Origin: an uncultured Bacilli bacterium
Lineage (GTDB): Bacteria > Bacillota_I > Bacilli_A > RF39 > UBA660
Length of the DNA: 64,000 nucleotides
Reading direction: 5' to 3'
Assembly: GCA_910579535.1 (NCBI GenBank)
Contig: CAJTUR010000001.1
Span: forward strand, 26,587 to 90,586
Shown: piece after piece, positions 50,387 through 60,538 of the stretch
How positions within the stretch are numbered: position 1 is the stretch's first letter
Layout of the letters: every line of letters starts with the position of its first letter
The notes under the pieces: generated by a model
What the model saw: only the letters and a program-made list of their open reading frames with translations
Database searches by the model: none
Told to the model about the DNA's origin: nothing
Made by a program: the position numbers and the translations under genes

Positions 50387-50549
50387 AAATACATAATAGC
50401 ATATATGTTAACTAAAATCAACAAAATAAATAAAATTGTTTCTAAAAGTGTTGACAATATAGTAATTATCATGTAGTATAGTATGTGTTTCCAAACATTA
50501 ACATTAAATCAAAAATGTTAACAAGTAAGAGAAAGGAGGAAAACTATGA
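50387..50549. promoter_or_regulatory. Divergent promoter/operator region with repeated ATGTTAAC half-sites
   Basis: TTGACA, 17 nt, TAGTAT promoter toward 50550; ATGTTAAC / GTTAATG / ATGTTAAC motifs at about 50405, 50498 and 50516. Confidence 0.4.
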
Positions 50550-50813
50550 ATGAATAAAAGACATCAAGGAATTCCAACAAAGATTTTAAAAGATAAGAGA
50601 ATCAAGCCTGAGGGGAAGTTAATATATTCTTATATATATTCTAAAGGGCAAGATAGGATTATCACAGATCTAAATGTTGGAGAATTACAACAAGTAGTGA
50701 AGATAAATAATCAAGGACTTAGAAAAAACCTTGAAAGATTGGAACAATCAAAGTATCTAATCTATAAAGAATATGATGTAGGAATGTACACAATAAATCT
50801 ACTAGGTTGTTAA
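50550..50813 (+). CDS. Small winged-helix DNA-binding protein (paralogous to 51027 and 57731 proteins)
   Basis: Shared pattern K(x)L..(x)KL(I/L)YSY..S..(I/T)..(L)..L..S...(I)...L..L...(Y)(L/I) with the other two. Confidence 0.5.
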   Translation: MNKRHQGIPTKILKDKRIKPEGKLIYSYIYSKGQDRIITDLNVGELQQVVKINNQGLRKNLERLEQSKYLIYKEYDVGMYTINLLGC

Positions 50814-51026
50814 ATAACTCCTAGTAGATATGGTACAGTAAGATATAAGGCTTATGTTAGTACCTTTTCTATAAAGATAGAATAAACTTCATTTAATCCG
50901 AGAGACAGGATTTAAAATAAAGTCTTAGGGATAACTTTGCCTATTTTATAGGTAAAAGAAAAGCCTATTATTATCATTTTAAATTTAAGGAGAATAATTA
51001 TTTTAAAGTTAGATTGTGAATTTATC

Positions 51027-51482
51027 ATGACTCCACGAATATTATTTAGAGATAAGAAATTATCAAGAACTGAAAATGATGTTTTAAGTCTTATCATATC
51101 ACTTGCCTTAAATAAAGAGTATTGTTATGCTACGAATGATTATCTAAAAGAGTATATAAATTCATCTGATAGAACGATAAATTATTCATTGTCTAAATTA
51201 AAGAAACTTTGCTATATTATAGTAAAACATGAAAGTAGCAAAAGAAGAATATATCTTAATACAGAAAAGATACCAACAAAAGTTGCAGATGAGGGTGCAG
51301 AAAATTGCAGTAATGAGAGTGCAAACAGTTGCACCCATAATATAAATAATAATAAATATAAAAAGAATAAAAGAAATGAAATTATTCCTGAATGGATGAA
51401 ACATCCAGAAATGTGTGTTTCTATTCCATTAAGTGAAGAAGAACAAAAAGAAATGGATGAACTAATGAAAGATTATAAATGA
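51027..51482 (+). CDS. Winged-helix (HTH_36 / replisome-organiser-like) DNA-binding protein
   Basis: N-terminal wHTH region similar to 57731-58024; acidic C-terminus. Confidence 0.5.
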   Translation: MTPRILFRDKKLSRTENDVLSLIISLALNKEYCYATNDYLKEYINSSDRTINYSLSKLKKLCYIIVKHESSKRRIYLNTEKIPTKVADEGAENCSNESANSCTHNINNNKYKKNKRNEIIPEWMKHPEMCVSIPLSEEEQKEMDELMKDYK

Positions 51483-51752
51483 GAGGAGAGATGTGTATGA
51501 TTGGAGGATTTAGTTTATAGAATATGAAAAAAGGGGGAAGTAAGAAAATGGAGGTAGTATATAATGTAAAATATAAATTTAAGACAAATGAAAATCGAAC
51601 TAAGGATGAAATAAAAAGTATATTTAATAACAAATTATTAAATGTCATAATGATTTTAGAAAATCATGAGTTAGCATTTAAAGAATCCTAAATATGAGAT
51701 ATAATATACTTGTATTTACAAATATTTATAGCTGTTCTCATACGTTGGAGGA

Positions 51753-53360
51753 ATGGCTATGATAGAAAAGGTAGGTGTATATTGTAGATTATCTGATGAA
51801 GATAGAGATAAGTTAAATAAAAATGATGATAGTGATAGTATAGTAAATCAAAGAAGTATGTGTTTAAAATATGCTAATCAAAATGGATGGAATGTTGTAG
51901 ATATTTATTCAGATGATGACTTTTCAGGAGCAGGAACTTATAGACCTGACTTTGAAAGGCTTATCAAAGATTGCGAAAGTGGAAAAATAAATTTAGTTTT
52001 ATGTAAAAGTCAATCAAGATTTTCAAGAGATATGGAAGTTATTGAAAGATATTTGCACAATAAGTTTATTGAGTGGGGAGTAAGATTTGTAAGTATTGTT
52101 GATAATGCTGATACAAGTATTGAATCTAACAAGAAATCAAGACAAATAAATGGACTTATCAATGAATGGTATTTAGATGATTTATCAACAAATATTAAAA
52201 AGTCTTTAAAGAATAAACGAGAAGATGGCTTATTTATGGGAAGTTTTGCTCCTTATGGTTATGATAGAAGTGAAGAAGATAAACACAAATTAGTTGTTGA
52301 TCCTGTGGCTGCTGAAGTTGTTAAAAAGATATTTCAAATGTATGCAGAGGGAAATGGCTATCATAAAATATGTGAATATCTAAATAACAATAATATTCCA
52401 CCAAGATCGGTATATAAGAAACAAAAAGGTAGTAAGTTTGTATGTTCTAATTGTGATTATAAAAATGTAAGATGGAATCCTGATACAATAGCTCAAATGC
52501 TTAGAAATGAATTTTATATTGGTAATCTAGTACAAGGTAAAATAACTTCTATGGGGTATAAAGTTCATAAGTTTAAGAAAGTTGCAGAAAAAGATTGGTG
52601 CAGAATAGAAAATTCACACGAGCCAATTATTGATATGGAAACTTGGAACAAAGTACAAAAGATACTTGGTACACATTTAAGTCCTACTAAAACTGGAGAG
52701 ATACACTATTTAAGTAGAAAAGTTTATTGTATGGAATGCGATAAGGTTTTTATGAGAAATGTGTATAGTGTAAAAGGAGAAAAGACAGGAAAAAGAGCAT
52801 ATTTACAATGCAAAGGTGCTAAAAAATATCACACTTGCGATAATAACAAAGCAATTAGAATGGATGAATTAGAAACTATACTACTTAATGCAATTAATGA
52901 TTTACTAGATAATTACTACGATCAAAATAATTTACAAGAACTCTATAACAAAAGAAATCAACAAGACACAAGTAATTGTGAAATAATAAAAGTTTTAGAA
53001 AAAGAAAAGTATAACCTCAATAAAAAGATAGATGATAATAAAACCTTTTATAGAAATCTTTATGAAGATAAGGTAAAAGGAACTATTACAGAAGATATGT
53101 TTAGTATAATGTCTAGCGATTATTTAAGAGAGATAGAATCGATGACAAAAAGAGTTGAAACGATTGATAACGAGATAAATAACCTACAAGTTGTTAAAGA
53201 AGAACGAAAACAAGCTGATGAAATACTAAAGAAATATAAGCATATTAAAGAATTAAATAAAGTAATAGTTGATGAATTTATTGATAAGGTTTATGTTGGT
53301 GTTTATGATAAAGAAACGAAAACACGAGATATTGAAATAGAATGGAACTTAGAATTTTAA
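51753..53360 (+). CDS. Large serine recombinase (integrase/excisionase for the element)
   Basis: N-terminal resolvase catalytic domain VGVYCRLSDEDRD..SRFSRD, recombinase domain, zinc-ribbon CSNCDYK..CMECD, C-terminal coiled coil; 535 aa; adjacent to the right junction. Confidence 0.9.
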   Translation: MAMIEKVGVYCRLSDEDRDKLNKNDDSDSIVNQRSMCLKYANQNGWNVVDIYSDDDFSGAGTYRPDFERLIKDCESGKINLVLCKSQSRFSRDMEVIERYLHNKFIEWGVRFVSIVDNADTSIESNKKSRQINGLINEWYLDDLSTNIKKSLKNKREDGLFMGSFAPYGYDRSEEDKHKLVVDPVAAEVVKKIFQMYAEGNGYHKICEYLNNNNIPPRSVYKKQKGSKFVCSNCDYKNVRWNPDTIAQMLRNEFYIGNLVQGKITSMGYKVHKFKKVAEKDWCRIENSHEPIIDMETWNKVQKILGTHLSPTKTGEIHYLSRKVYCMECDKVFMRNVYSVKGEKTGKRAYLQCKGAKKYHTCDNNKAIRMDELETILLNAINDLLDNYYDQNNLQELYNKRNQQDTSNCEIIKVLEKEKYNLNKKIDDNKTFYRNLYEDKVKGTITEDMFSIMSSDYLREIESMTKRVETIDNEINNLQVVKEERKQADEILKKYKHIKELNKVIVDEFIDKVYVGVYDKETKTRDIEIEWNLEF

Positions 53361-53407
53361 GATAAAAGATGATAATTTGGACTTTTCCGATTCCTGCACA
53401 TGGAGGA

Positions 53408-53668
53408 ACTGATCCTGGAACTATTGCGAATGGAATAACAGAGAAAGATTATACTTTAAAAATAAGTCAATATATGCATGAAAGGTTAAATGATTTGGGT
53501 ATTGAAAATCGTATGACTCGTACAAATGATGAAACCTTGTCTCCAAGTGTGAGACCAGATAGAGCACAAAGTTTTTTTGGAAAGGGTAATGATGTGATTT
53601 TAGTATCTAATCACATAAATGCAGGAGGTGGCGACACATATTTTGTGATTAAAAGTAATTGTGTATAA
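53408..53668 (+). pseudogene. 3' continuation (attR side) of the CwlC-like amidase, itself truncated after about 99 aa of the catalytic domain
   Basis: TDPGTIANGITEKDYTLKIS..MTRTNDE..VILVSNHINAGGGDTYF matches the Amidase_3 catalytic domain (CwlC SDPGATGNGLQEKTLTLQIA..FLSIHVNSGGGTGFESY); stops at 53668 with the C-terminal half missing. ORF-track 53369 start MIIWTFPIPAHGG is element-derived read-through. Confidence 0.6.
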
Positions 53669-54183
53669 TTGTTCATAAGCTTCCTGAAATTATACAACTA
53701 TAGACAAAAGTAAATTAAAAAGGTAGATTTTAGAGTTGAAAAATACAATAATACTATAAAAACTAAATATCTTAACAAATAAATACGATGTTCATGTAAA
53801 AGTATAGGATTTTTTATGATTATGATCATAAAGATTATAATCATAAGTTAAAAGATAAAATTTATATTAATTTGTCACGAAAAATGCTATTTGAGTGTAC
53901 ATACCAAAGCAATCGATGTTAATATGATTCAATCGGGGTCAGAGGGAAATTATTTTACACTGTTTGACTATAATTGAAATAAAAAATATTTGTGTAGCAT
54001 TATATACAACATGCGCAGAATGTGGTATATTAAAGCAAATCGTGTCGTTTGGTATTGCTGACAAGATATCATACACCAATCTAGAGTAGCTTTTTACTCA
54101 TAGCAGATAGATGTTTTTCGATAATATAGTATTTTTAGTGTGAAAGTTAAGACACAGATTATAATGGAGAGGAGATTTTAAAA

Positions 54184-56127
54184 TTGAAGAATAATATTTT
54201 TGAAAATATGGAATTCCTCGGGTCACTTTCAAAAAAGTTTGATGGACAAGAACAGATTATGGAATCTCTCCATTTAGCAGCGAAGCAACTAGAACTTTCC
54301 GGTATTGCAAAATATGCTAATTTAGCTACTGCCATGTCATCTAAGCAGATTGGAGCTATTGGTTCTGCCTATCTTAGCGGTGCATTTCAATTTGAAAAAA
54401 AATTAGCTCAAAAATTACATGATATTTATGCCCCGCTAGAAAAGGCGTTTGACAATATTGCCACAGTTGAAAATCTGTTAGGCATGCACTTTAAAGAACT
54501 TGTGCAACCATCATTTTATTTGCCAGATATAAGTGGAATCCTTGCTACAGTGAATAGTTGTTCATCGGCATTATCAAGGTCGGCATCAGTACTAGATACA
54601 TCTTGGGTGCAACAAGTGAATCCATGGCTAACGGATGTTTCGCGTTTTAATACTATGGATACTAGTGCACTTATAGGCATGAATACAGAATTTTCAAAGC
54701 TTATTAAATTAGAACAAGAAACATCTGGTCTTGCATTAATTGCTGAGAGTTTTTCAAAAATTACGAGTGCGTCAGCTCAATTGGCTTCTATAGAAAATTT
54801 GCTTTCTGGTCTTGCAGAACAATGGCGTGATGTAATTGTTCCGCTCCGATTTTTAGATGATTATGGTAACTTTGCGTTACGACAATATACTTTGATTCAA
54901 AAAGCAGCCAGTGAAAATGATGATAAGTCAGTTGAATGGCGTTTAGATTTGTTAGATGCCACTTCCAAATTTGTTGATAGACAAATTACATGGGCAAGTG
55001 ACTTTTCAGTGGACATTCAAGAGGATATTGATTCCAAGAATTTACCTGTTATTGAAAATGAATTAGATATTGCATTAATTCCTCAGTACATTGGATATTC
55101 TAAACGTGATGCTAAGGTAGTTGAGAAAGCTCTTGTAGAATCAGATATTTCAATCATTACAGAAAAAGGTAAGTTAATTGTCAACAAGGCTCGACTAATT
55201 AAAAAAATTTGCAAAGTAAATAATAGAGAATTGCTTTTTGAAAATACAGATTTTTATGTTGGAAGTTATATAACACTCGCAGGGACTTTCTGCAGGAATA
55301 CAGATTCTCTTAAAAGTGTAGTAGATGCTTTATATCATTTGTTATTTTCTCAAAAAGAAGTACTTTCTGTATTTATAGATTTAGATGATTTTGAATGCAT
55401 AGAACTAATCAGTAATCTGAAAGATAAGGAACTATATCCAGAGCAATCTAAGGAAATATCAGATTTACAAAATAGAGTGTATGATTACTTTCTCAACTTG
55501 GAAGATGCTATTATTGAAAAAATTGAAATTGATTCATCGTTTGGTCAGTCAACAGTTTCAGCTACTACAATGTTGTCCGAAGATAACTGGACTGAAGAAA
55601 CAGTGAGTAAAAATATCTTAAAAGCATTACTCAAGGTACAAGGTAACAAAACTTTTTATGGAAAAAAAGAGGATGAATTAAACGATTGCATTAGAGATAC
55701 TCTTAGCATGGTCTATGAGATGAAAGATCAATCCAGACAAGGAGTCTCTCCTAGTGGAAAAGATGCTGGTGAAGTGGATTTACAAATATGTAGAGATGGA
55801 TTTCCTATTGCTATAATAGAAGGTTTAAAAGTTAATTCTTTAGATCGGAACTACATACAGAACCATATTGACAAAGTTCTTACATGTTATGACCCCTTTG
55901 GTTGTCCATATAGTTATGTAGTAATTTATGTAACAGTTAAGAAGTTTGAAGATTTTTGGGTAAACTGTCTAAACTATATACGAGATGAATATAGTTTTCC
56001 CTATACAATAAAAAAAGAAATCCAAGAACTAAATCATATGTATTCATCTTCGAGACATGCTAAAATAGTGTTATTACGTGATGGCAGAGAAGTATCAGTT
56101 CATTTTTATGCATTATCAGTACAGTAA
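54184..56127 (+). CDS. Hypothetical 647-aa protein, GC-richer than the genome, C-terminal PD-(D/E)xK-like nuclease motif
   Basis: TTG start with GGAGAGGAG RBS; Ala/Ser/Leu-rich helical N-region; GEVDLQICRDGFPIAIIEGLKV resembles a D...ExK nuclease core; first gene of the second island. Confidence 0.5.
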   Translation: MKNNIFENMEFLGSLSKKFDGQEQIMESLHLAAKQLELSGIAKYANLATAMSSKQIGAIGSAYLSGAFQFEKKLAQKLHDIYAPLEKAFDNIATVENLLGMHFKELVQPSFYLPDISGILATVNSCSSALSRSASVLDTSWVQQVNPWLTDVSRFNTMDTSALIGMNTEFSKLIKLEQETSGLALIAESFSKITSASAQLASIENLLSGLAEQWRDVIVPLRFLDDYGNFALRQYTLIQKAASENDDKSVEWRLDLLDATSKFVDRQITWASDFSVDIQEDIDSKNLPVIENELDIALIPQYIGYSKRDAKVVEKALVESDISIITEKGKLIVNKARLIKKICKVNNRELLFENTDFYVGSYITLAGTFCRNTDSLKSVVDALYHLLFSQKEVLSVFIDLDDFECIELISNLKDKELYPEQSKEISDLQNRVYDYFLNLEDAIIEKIEIDSSFGQSTVSATTMLSEDNWTEETVSKNILKALLKVQGNKTFYGKKEDELNDCIRDTLSMVYEMKDQSRQGVSPSGKDAGEVDLQICRDGFPIAIIEGLKVNSLDRNYIQNHIDKVLTCYDPFGCPYSYVVIYVTVKKFEDFWVNCLNYIRDEYSFPYTIKKEIQELNHMYSSSRHAKIVLLRDGREVSVHFYALSVQ

Positions 56128-56225
56128 CTATAGTAAGCTATTACATTTAGAGGTAATATAAACGTTAGGTATGAATATTAGAGTAGTATTTTACAAGCCA
56201 TCATTAATATAATAGCTTAATATTC

Positions 56226-56477
56226 TTGAAATATATATCTGATTCTTTTGAAGAAAGACACAAAGTGCTCGTTGATGAAAGAATTGCCCTAGACGAAGAG
56301 AAAGATAGTTATACTGAGAGGAATATATTTTATGTTCTTAAGAATACTAGATGGAATTATCTAGTAGAATATTCTAAAGATGAAAATGTTGGTGTGATTA
56401 TTGATGATGCTCTCACTCTGATTGAGAAAGACAATTCATCATTTAAGAATGTGAGAAATTTGATAATTTCAATTTAA
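56226..56477 (+). CDS. Hypothetical small protein (TTG start), weak call
   Basis: 83-aa ORF only; no RBS or homology support. Confidence 0.25.
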   Translation: MKYISDSFEERHKVLVDERIALDEEKDSYTERNIFYVLKNTRWNYLVEYSKDENVGVIIDDALTLIEKDNSSFKNVRNLIISI

Positions 56478-56853
56478 GCATCTATGATATAGTGTAAGTA
56501 GTAAATGAAAGGAAAAAACTATTTATGTACTATAATTATAATTTGTTTATGCAAAGTTTAGATAATTTAGTAAACAATTAGAAAAAAGTAACAATGAAAG
56601 TGATAAAAAGATTCTAGATACTTTAAAGAAAACTATTGATGCTTTAAAGTCAGTTTCTGAGCTAAATCAAAATGAAACTCAAGCATTTTTAAATCTATTA
56701 TCATTCTCTGTAGGTAGTTCTGTAGTTTTAACTAATAATCAGCAATAAAGGTATTTGAATTGATACCTTTTTTTGCAGTTAAAATAGCTTTAGAATAGTG
56801 ATTATTTGCACAAAATTTGATATAATAGATATAACAAAAAAGGAGGCAATTCT

Positions 56854-57666
56854 ATGGTTGAAATAACTTATGATAGAGTTCAAGAGGAAAATAATCCCAA
56901 AGTAAAACAATTATATTGGGACATAGCTTTTGGACTTCAAGATGTTGATGGATTAAAGCCATCACAATATATGAAAGATCTATCCGAAGAACATATAAGC
57001 GGGAAAAAGACTTATGAGCAAGTTCAAAATGAAATAACTTCTTATTATAGTAAAAACAAAGATAATCATGAAGATGATGATGAAGAAGAAGCAGATGAAG
57101 TTGCAACTGCTATATATGAAATATTAAGCGATAGATCATTTAGATTTGATTTTCTTACGTTAAAGAATTATCACAAAAGATTGTTTATTAATTTAGATAA
57201 AGAAAAATATAATCCTGGTAATTTTAGAGATTATAATTTTACAAAAGATGAACCAGTATTAAAAGGAGATACAGTTCAATATCAGTCTTATGATTTAATA
57301 GAAGAAACTTTAAAATATGATTTTAATGAAGAAAAAGATATTGATTATTCTAGTTTTAGTGAAGAAGAGTTAATTGATCGAATTACTGAATTTACTTCTC
57401 GAATTTGGCAAGTACATCCATTTCAAGAAGGCAATACTAGAACAACTGCTGTATTTATTCAAAAATATTTAATTAGCATGGGATTTAATATTAATAATGA
57501 GTTATTTAAAGATAATGCTTTATACTTTAGAAATGCTTTAGTAAGAGCTAATTATACTAATTATTCTGTGAGCGTTAAAGAAACAAAAAAGTATTTAATT
57601 ATGTTTTTTGAAAACTTGTTATTAAATAAAAATAATGATTTAAATAACGATGATTTAAAAATTTAA
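56854..57666 (+). CDS. Fic/DOC family protein
   Basis: Fic motif HPFQEGNTRTT (HxFx[DE]GNxR); RBS AAAGGAGG. Confidence 0.75.
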   Translation: MVEITYDRVQEENNPKVKQLYWDIAFGLQDVDGLKPSQYMKDLSEEHISGKKTYEQVQNEITSYYSKNKDNHEDDDEEEADEVATAIYEILSDRSFRFDFLTLKNYHKRLFINLDKEKYNPGNFRDYNFTKDEPVLKGDTVQYQSYDLIEETLKYDFNEEKDIDYSSFSEEELIDRITEFTSRIWQVHPFQEGNTRTTAVFIQKYLISMGFNINNELFKDNALYFRNALVRANYTNYSVSVKETKKYLIMFFENLLLNKNNDLNNDDLKI

Positions 57667-57730
57667 AAATAAATGAAAGTTTGTGTGAATAACATGAACT
57701 TTTTTGTTTGCAAGAAAAGGAGAAAGAACA

Positions 57731-58024
57731 ATGAAAATAAGAACTATAAAGGATAAAGATTATACTGTTATGAGTAACTATCATTTTAAAGATAAAAGGT
57801 TAAGTTTAAGAGCAAAAGGACTTTTATCTATGATGTTATCATTACCAGATGAATGGATATATTCACTTAATGGGCTAAATAGCATATGTACTGAAAGTAG
57901 AACAACTATTAGAAATGTGATTAAAGAATTAAAAGAGTTTCTTTATTTGGATGTAATTGAAAAACGAAGAGAAGATGGAAAAATTTATTATGAATACACT
58001 ATATATGAAAATCCTTTTAAATAA
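57731..58024 (+). CDS. Winged-helix DNA-binding protein (paralogue of 51027 protein); internal start MKIRTIKDKDY
   Basis: RBS AAGGAG 8 nt upstream of 57731; the track ORF starts at 57704. Confidence 0.5.
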   Translation: MKIRTIKDKDYTVMSNYHFKDKRLSLRAKGLLSMMLSLPDEWIYSLNGLNSICTESRTTIRNVIKELKEFLYLDVIEKRREDGKIYYEYTIYENPFK

Positions 58025-58220
58025 TCCATGGCTACGTTTTCTACCACTGGATTTACCGTATACGGTATTTTAGTACACTATAAAGTATTTAGTAAATAAA
58101 ATATTAAATAACAAATAGATAAAATAGATAAAACCAAATTTGAAAATTTGAATTTAAACTGTTTCAAAGTTTGTCAAAATATGATATACTTATTAAGTAA
58201 GGAAAGTAAGGAATAATGAA

Positions 58221-58436
58221 ATGAAAAATAATAATTTATTAGCTTCGGCAAAACTAACATCAAAAGGGCAAATTACTATTCCAAAGATAGTAAGAGACAC
58301 TTTAGCACTTGGAGTAGGAGATTCTGTAATCTTTTATTTGGATGATAAAAAGAATATAAAAATATCTAATAGAAAAGATTGCAAAATTGAGTCTGATATA
58401 AAAAAAGAACAGATAGTTGTTAGGAGCGGTAAATAA
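58221..58436 (+). CDS. AbrB/MazE/SpoVT-domain DNA-binding protein (regulator or antitoxin-like)
   Basis: SKGQITIPKIVRDTLALGVGDSVIFY swapped-hairpin motif; directly precedes hsdM. Confidence 0.6.
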   Translation: MKNNNLLASAKLTSKGQITIPKIVRDTLALGVGDSVIFYLDDKKNIKISNRKDCKIESDIKKEQIVVRSGK

Positions 58437-60535
58437 TGAAAGAAACAATGAATATAAATAAAGAAGTTGCTATGGTATGGAGTATAGCAAATAAACTTAG
58501 AGGAGTATACAAAAGCGATAAATATAAAGATGTAATTATTCCTATGGTTATAATACGTAGATTTGAATGTGCATTAGCAAAAACAAAAAACAAGGTAGTT
58601 GAAGCATACTCAAAAGATAAAACTATACCTGAAAAAATATTATGTAAATTATCGGGGCACTCATTTTATAATACGAGTAAATTTGATTTAAAAGAGTTAT
58701 TAAACGACTCAGACCATATTTCAGCAAATTTTAAATCTTATATAAATGGATTTTCGACAAATGTTAAAACCATTTTATTAAAAGATGGCTTAGATTTTGA
58801 ACCTGATATAGATAAAATGGCAAAAAACAATAGATTATTAGGAATTATAAAAGAATTTAGTAATCTGGATTTAAATCCCGAGACAGTTAACAATCATAAG
58901 ATGGGATATATTTTTGAAGATATTATTAGAAGATTTTCTGAAAATGCTGAAGCTGGTGATCACTTTACTCCAAGAGAAGTAATTAAACTTATGGTAAAAA
59001 TCTTATTATCTGAAAGCTGCGATGATTTAGCTACTCCAGGTAAAACTATTACAGTATTAGATGCTGCTTGTGGAACTGGTGGAATGCTAAGTACAACTAG
59101 AGAATCAATTATGGAATTAAATCCAAATGCGGATGTTCAACTATTTGGGCAAGAAGTTAATCCTGAGTCGTATGGTATTTGTTTAGCTGACATGTTAATT
59201 AAAGGCCAAGATGCAAAAAACATTAGGTTTCAAGATACTATGAAAGCTGATTGTTTTTCTGCAACTCTGAACGATAGAGAACAAAAAATGAGATTTGTTA
59301 TTATGAATCCACCATTTGGTCAACCATGGGGCGGAAAAGATGCAGCAGATGGAGTTGAATCTGCAGTCAAAAAAGAATATGAAAAGGGCTTTAAAGGTAG
59401 GTTTGTCGCTGGACTGCCAGGAACTGGAGATATGCAGTTGTTATTTATGCAACATGCAATTTCTAAATTGGATGATAATGGTCGAGCAGCAATAATAACT
59501 AATGGATCTCCACTGTTTTCTGGAGGAACTTCTTCTGGGGAAAGTCAAATAAGAAGATGGATGATAGAAAATGATTTAATTGAAGCTATTATTGCGCTAC
59601 CGACCGATTTGTTCTACAACACCAATATTGGAATATATGTATTTATATTATCCAAACCTGATATTAAATTATCTAAACGTAAAGGGAAAATTCAGTTAAT
59701 AAATGCTACTGACGAAAATTTTTGGACTCCATTAAGAACATCTTTAGGTAAAAAAAGAAAAGAAATATCTGATAATCGAGATAATAATCAAATAAAGAAA
59801 ATAGTAGATTTATATGCTGAATTTAAAGAGAATAAATATTGTAAAATATTTGATAAAGAAGAATTTTTATATAGGGAATATGCAGTTTATCAACCATTGC
59901 AGAGAAGTTATGCAATAAATGATGAAAGAATAGAAAATTTAAGAAATAATGGATATTTAGATAATTTCTATAATCAAGATAAAATAGATGAATACTTATT
60001 GTTAGATCCAATACCCACAAAGCAAAAGAAAGAGTTAGATAAATACTTATTAAATAAAAATACTTATGAATCTATATTTGAAATATTGGAAAGAAATAAA
60101 TCAAATAAAGTATATAAAAAAGAAAGAGAGTTTAATGATTATATTAAGACCATATTAGATATACCAAAAAATATATTAGAGAAAGTAATAGATGGATTAT
60201 CTATGATGGACAAAACTGCAGAAATACATAAAGATAATAAGGGCAATATAATAATAGATAAACAAACAAAGGATACGGAAATTGTTAAATATACAAAGGA
60301 TATTGATGAATATATGAAAGAGGAAGTATTACCTCATGTACCGGATGCTATGTATTTTTTTGAAGAAGATACAAGTGCAAAGAAACCAATTATTAAGACA
60401 GGTGCAGAAATTCCATTTACTAGATATTTCTATGAATATAAAGAACCTAAAAATTCTGAAAAATTAGAAAGAGAGTTTTTAGAATTAGAGGCATCTTTAA
60501 ATAAAAGAATAGAGGATTTGTTTAAGGAGGTATAA
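58436..60535 (+). CDS. hsdM: Type I restriction-modification system methyltransferase subunit
   Basis: N6-adenine MTase motifs DAACGTGGML (motif I) and NPPFG (motif IV); 699 aa. Confidence 0.9.
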   Translation: MKETMNINKEVAMVWSIANKLRGVYKSDKYKDVIIPMVIIRRFECALAKTKNKVVEAYSKDKTIPEKILCKLSGHSFYNTSKFDLKELLNDSDHISANFKSYINGFSTNVKTILLKDGLDFEPDIDKMAKNNRLLGIIKEFSNLDLNPETVNNHKMGYIFEDIIRRFSENAEAGDHFTPREVIKLMVKILLSESCDDLATPGKTITVLDAACGTGGMLSTTRESIMELNPNADVQLFGQEVNPESYGICLADMLIKGQDAKNIRFQDTMKADCFSATLNDREQKMRFVIMNPPFGQPWGGKDAADGVESAVKKEYEKGFKGRFVAGLPGTGDMQLLFMQHAISKLDDNGRAAIITNGSPLFSGGTSSGESQIRRWMIENDLIEAIIALPTDLFYNTNIGIYVFILSKPDIKLSKRKGKIQLINATDENFWTPLRTSLGKKRKEISDNRDNNQIKKIVDLYAEFKENKYCKIFDKEEFLYREYAVYQPLQRSYAINDERIENLRNNGYLDNFYNQDKIDEYLLLDPIPTKQKKELDKYLLNKNTYESIFEILERNKSNKVYKKEREFNDYIKTILDIPKNILEKVIDGLSMMDKTAEIHKDNKGNIIIDKQTKDTEIVKYTKDIDEYMKEEVLPHVPDAMYFFEEDTSAKKPIIKTGAEIPFTRYFYEYKEPKNSEKLEREFLELEASLNKRIEDLFKEV

Positions 60536-60538
60536 TTC

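Larger units (their letters stand above)
42215..53407 (+). mobile_element. Integrated mobilizable element of about 11.2 kb inserted in the amidase gene; carries tRNA-Trp, MobV relaxase, a HisRS/MccF cassette, an XRE module and a large serine recombinase
   Basis: Identical 10-bp core ACATGGAGGA at 42205-42214 and 53398-53407. Host ORF halves are in frame across the junctions. The recombinase gene ends 38 bp before the right core. Confidence 0.6.

Noticed and set aside
50912-51648. Minus-strand ORFs 50912, 51198, 51421
   Set aside because: Overlap the wHTH gene 51027-51482 and its flanks; hydrophobic low-complexity translations without RBS.
53369-53407. Start codon and first 13 residues (MIIWTFPIPAHGG) of track ORF 53369-53668
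   Set aside because: This segment is element DNA up to the att core. The genuine N-terminus is the MAKKIVIDPGHGG fragment at 42176, so the ORF is a fusion artefact rather than a real start.
56852-57784. Minus-strand ORFs 56852 and 57599
   Set aside because: Antisense to the fic gene and the wHTH gene.
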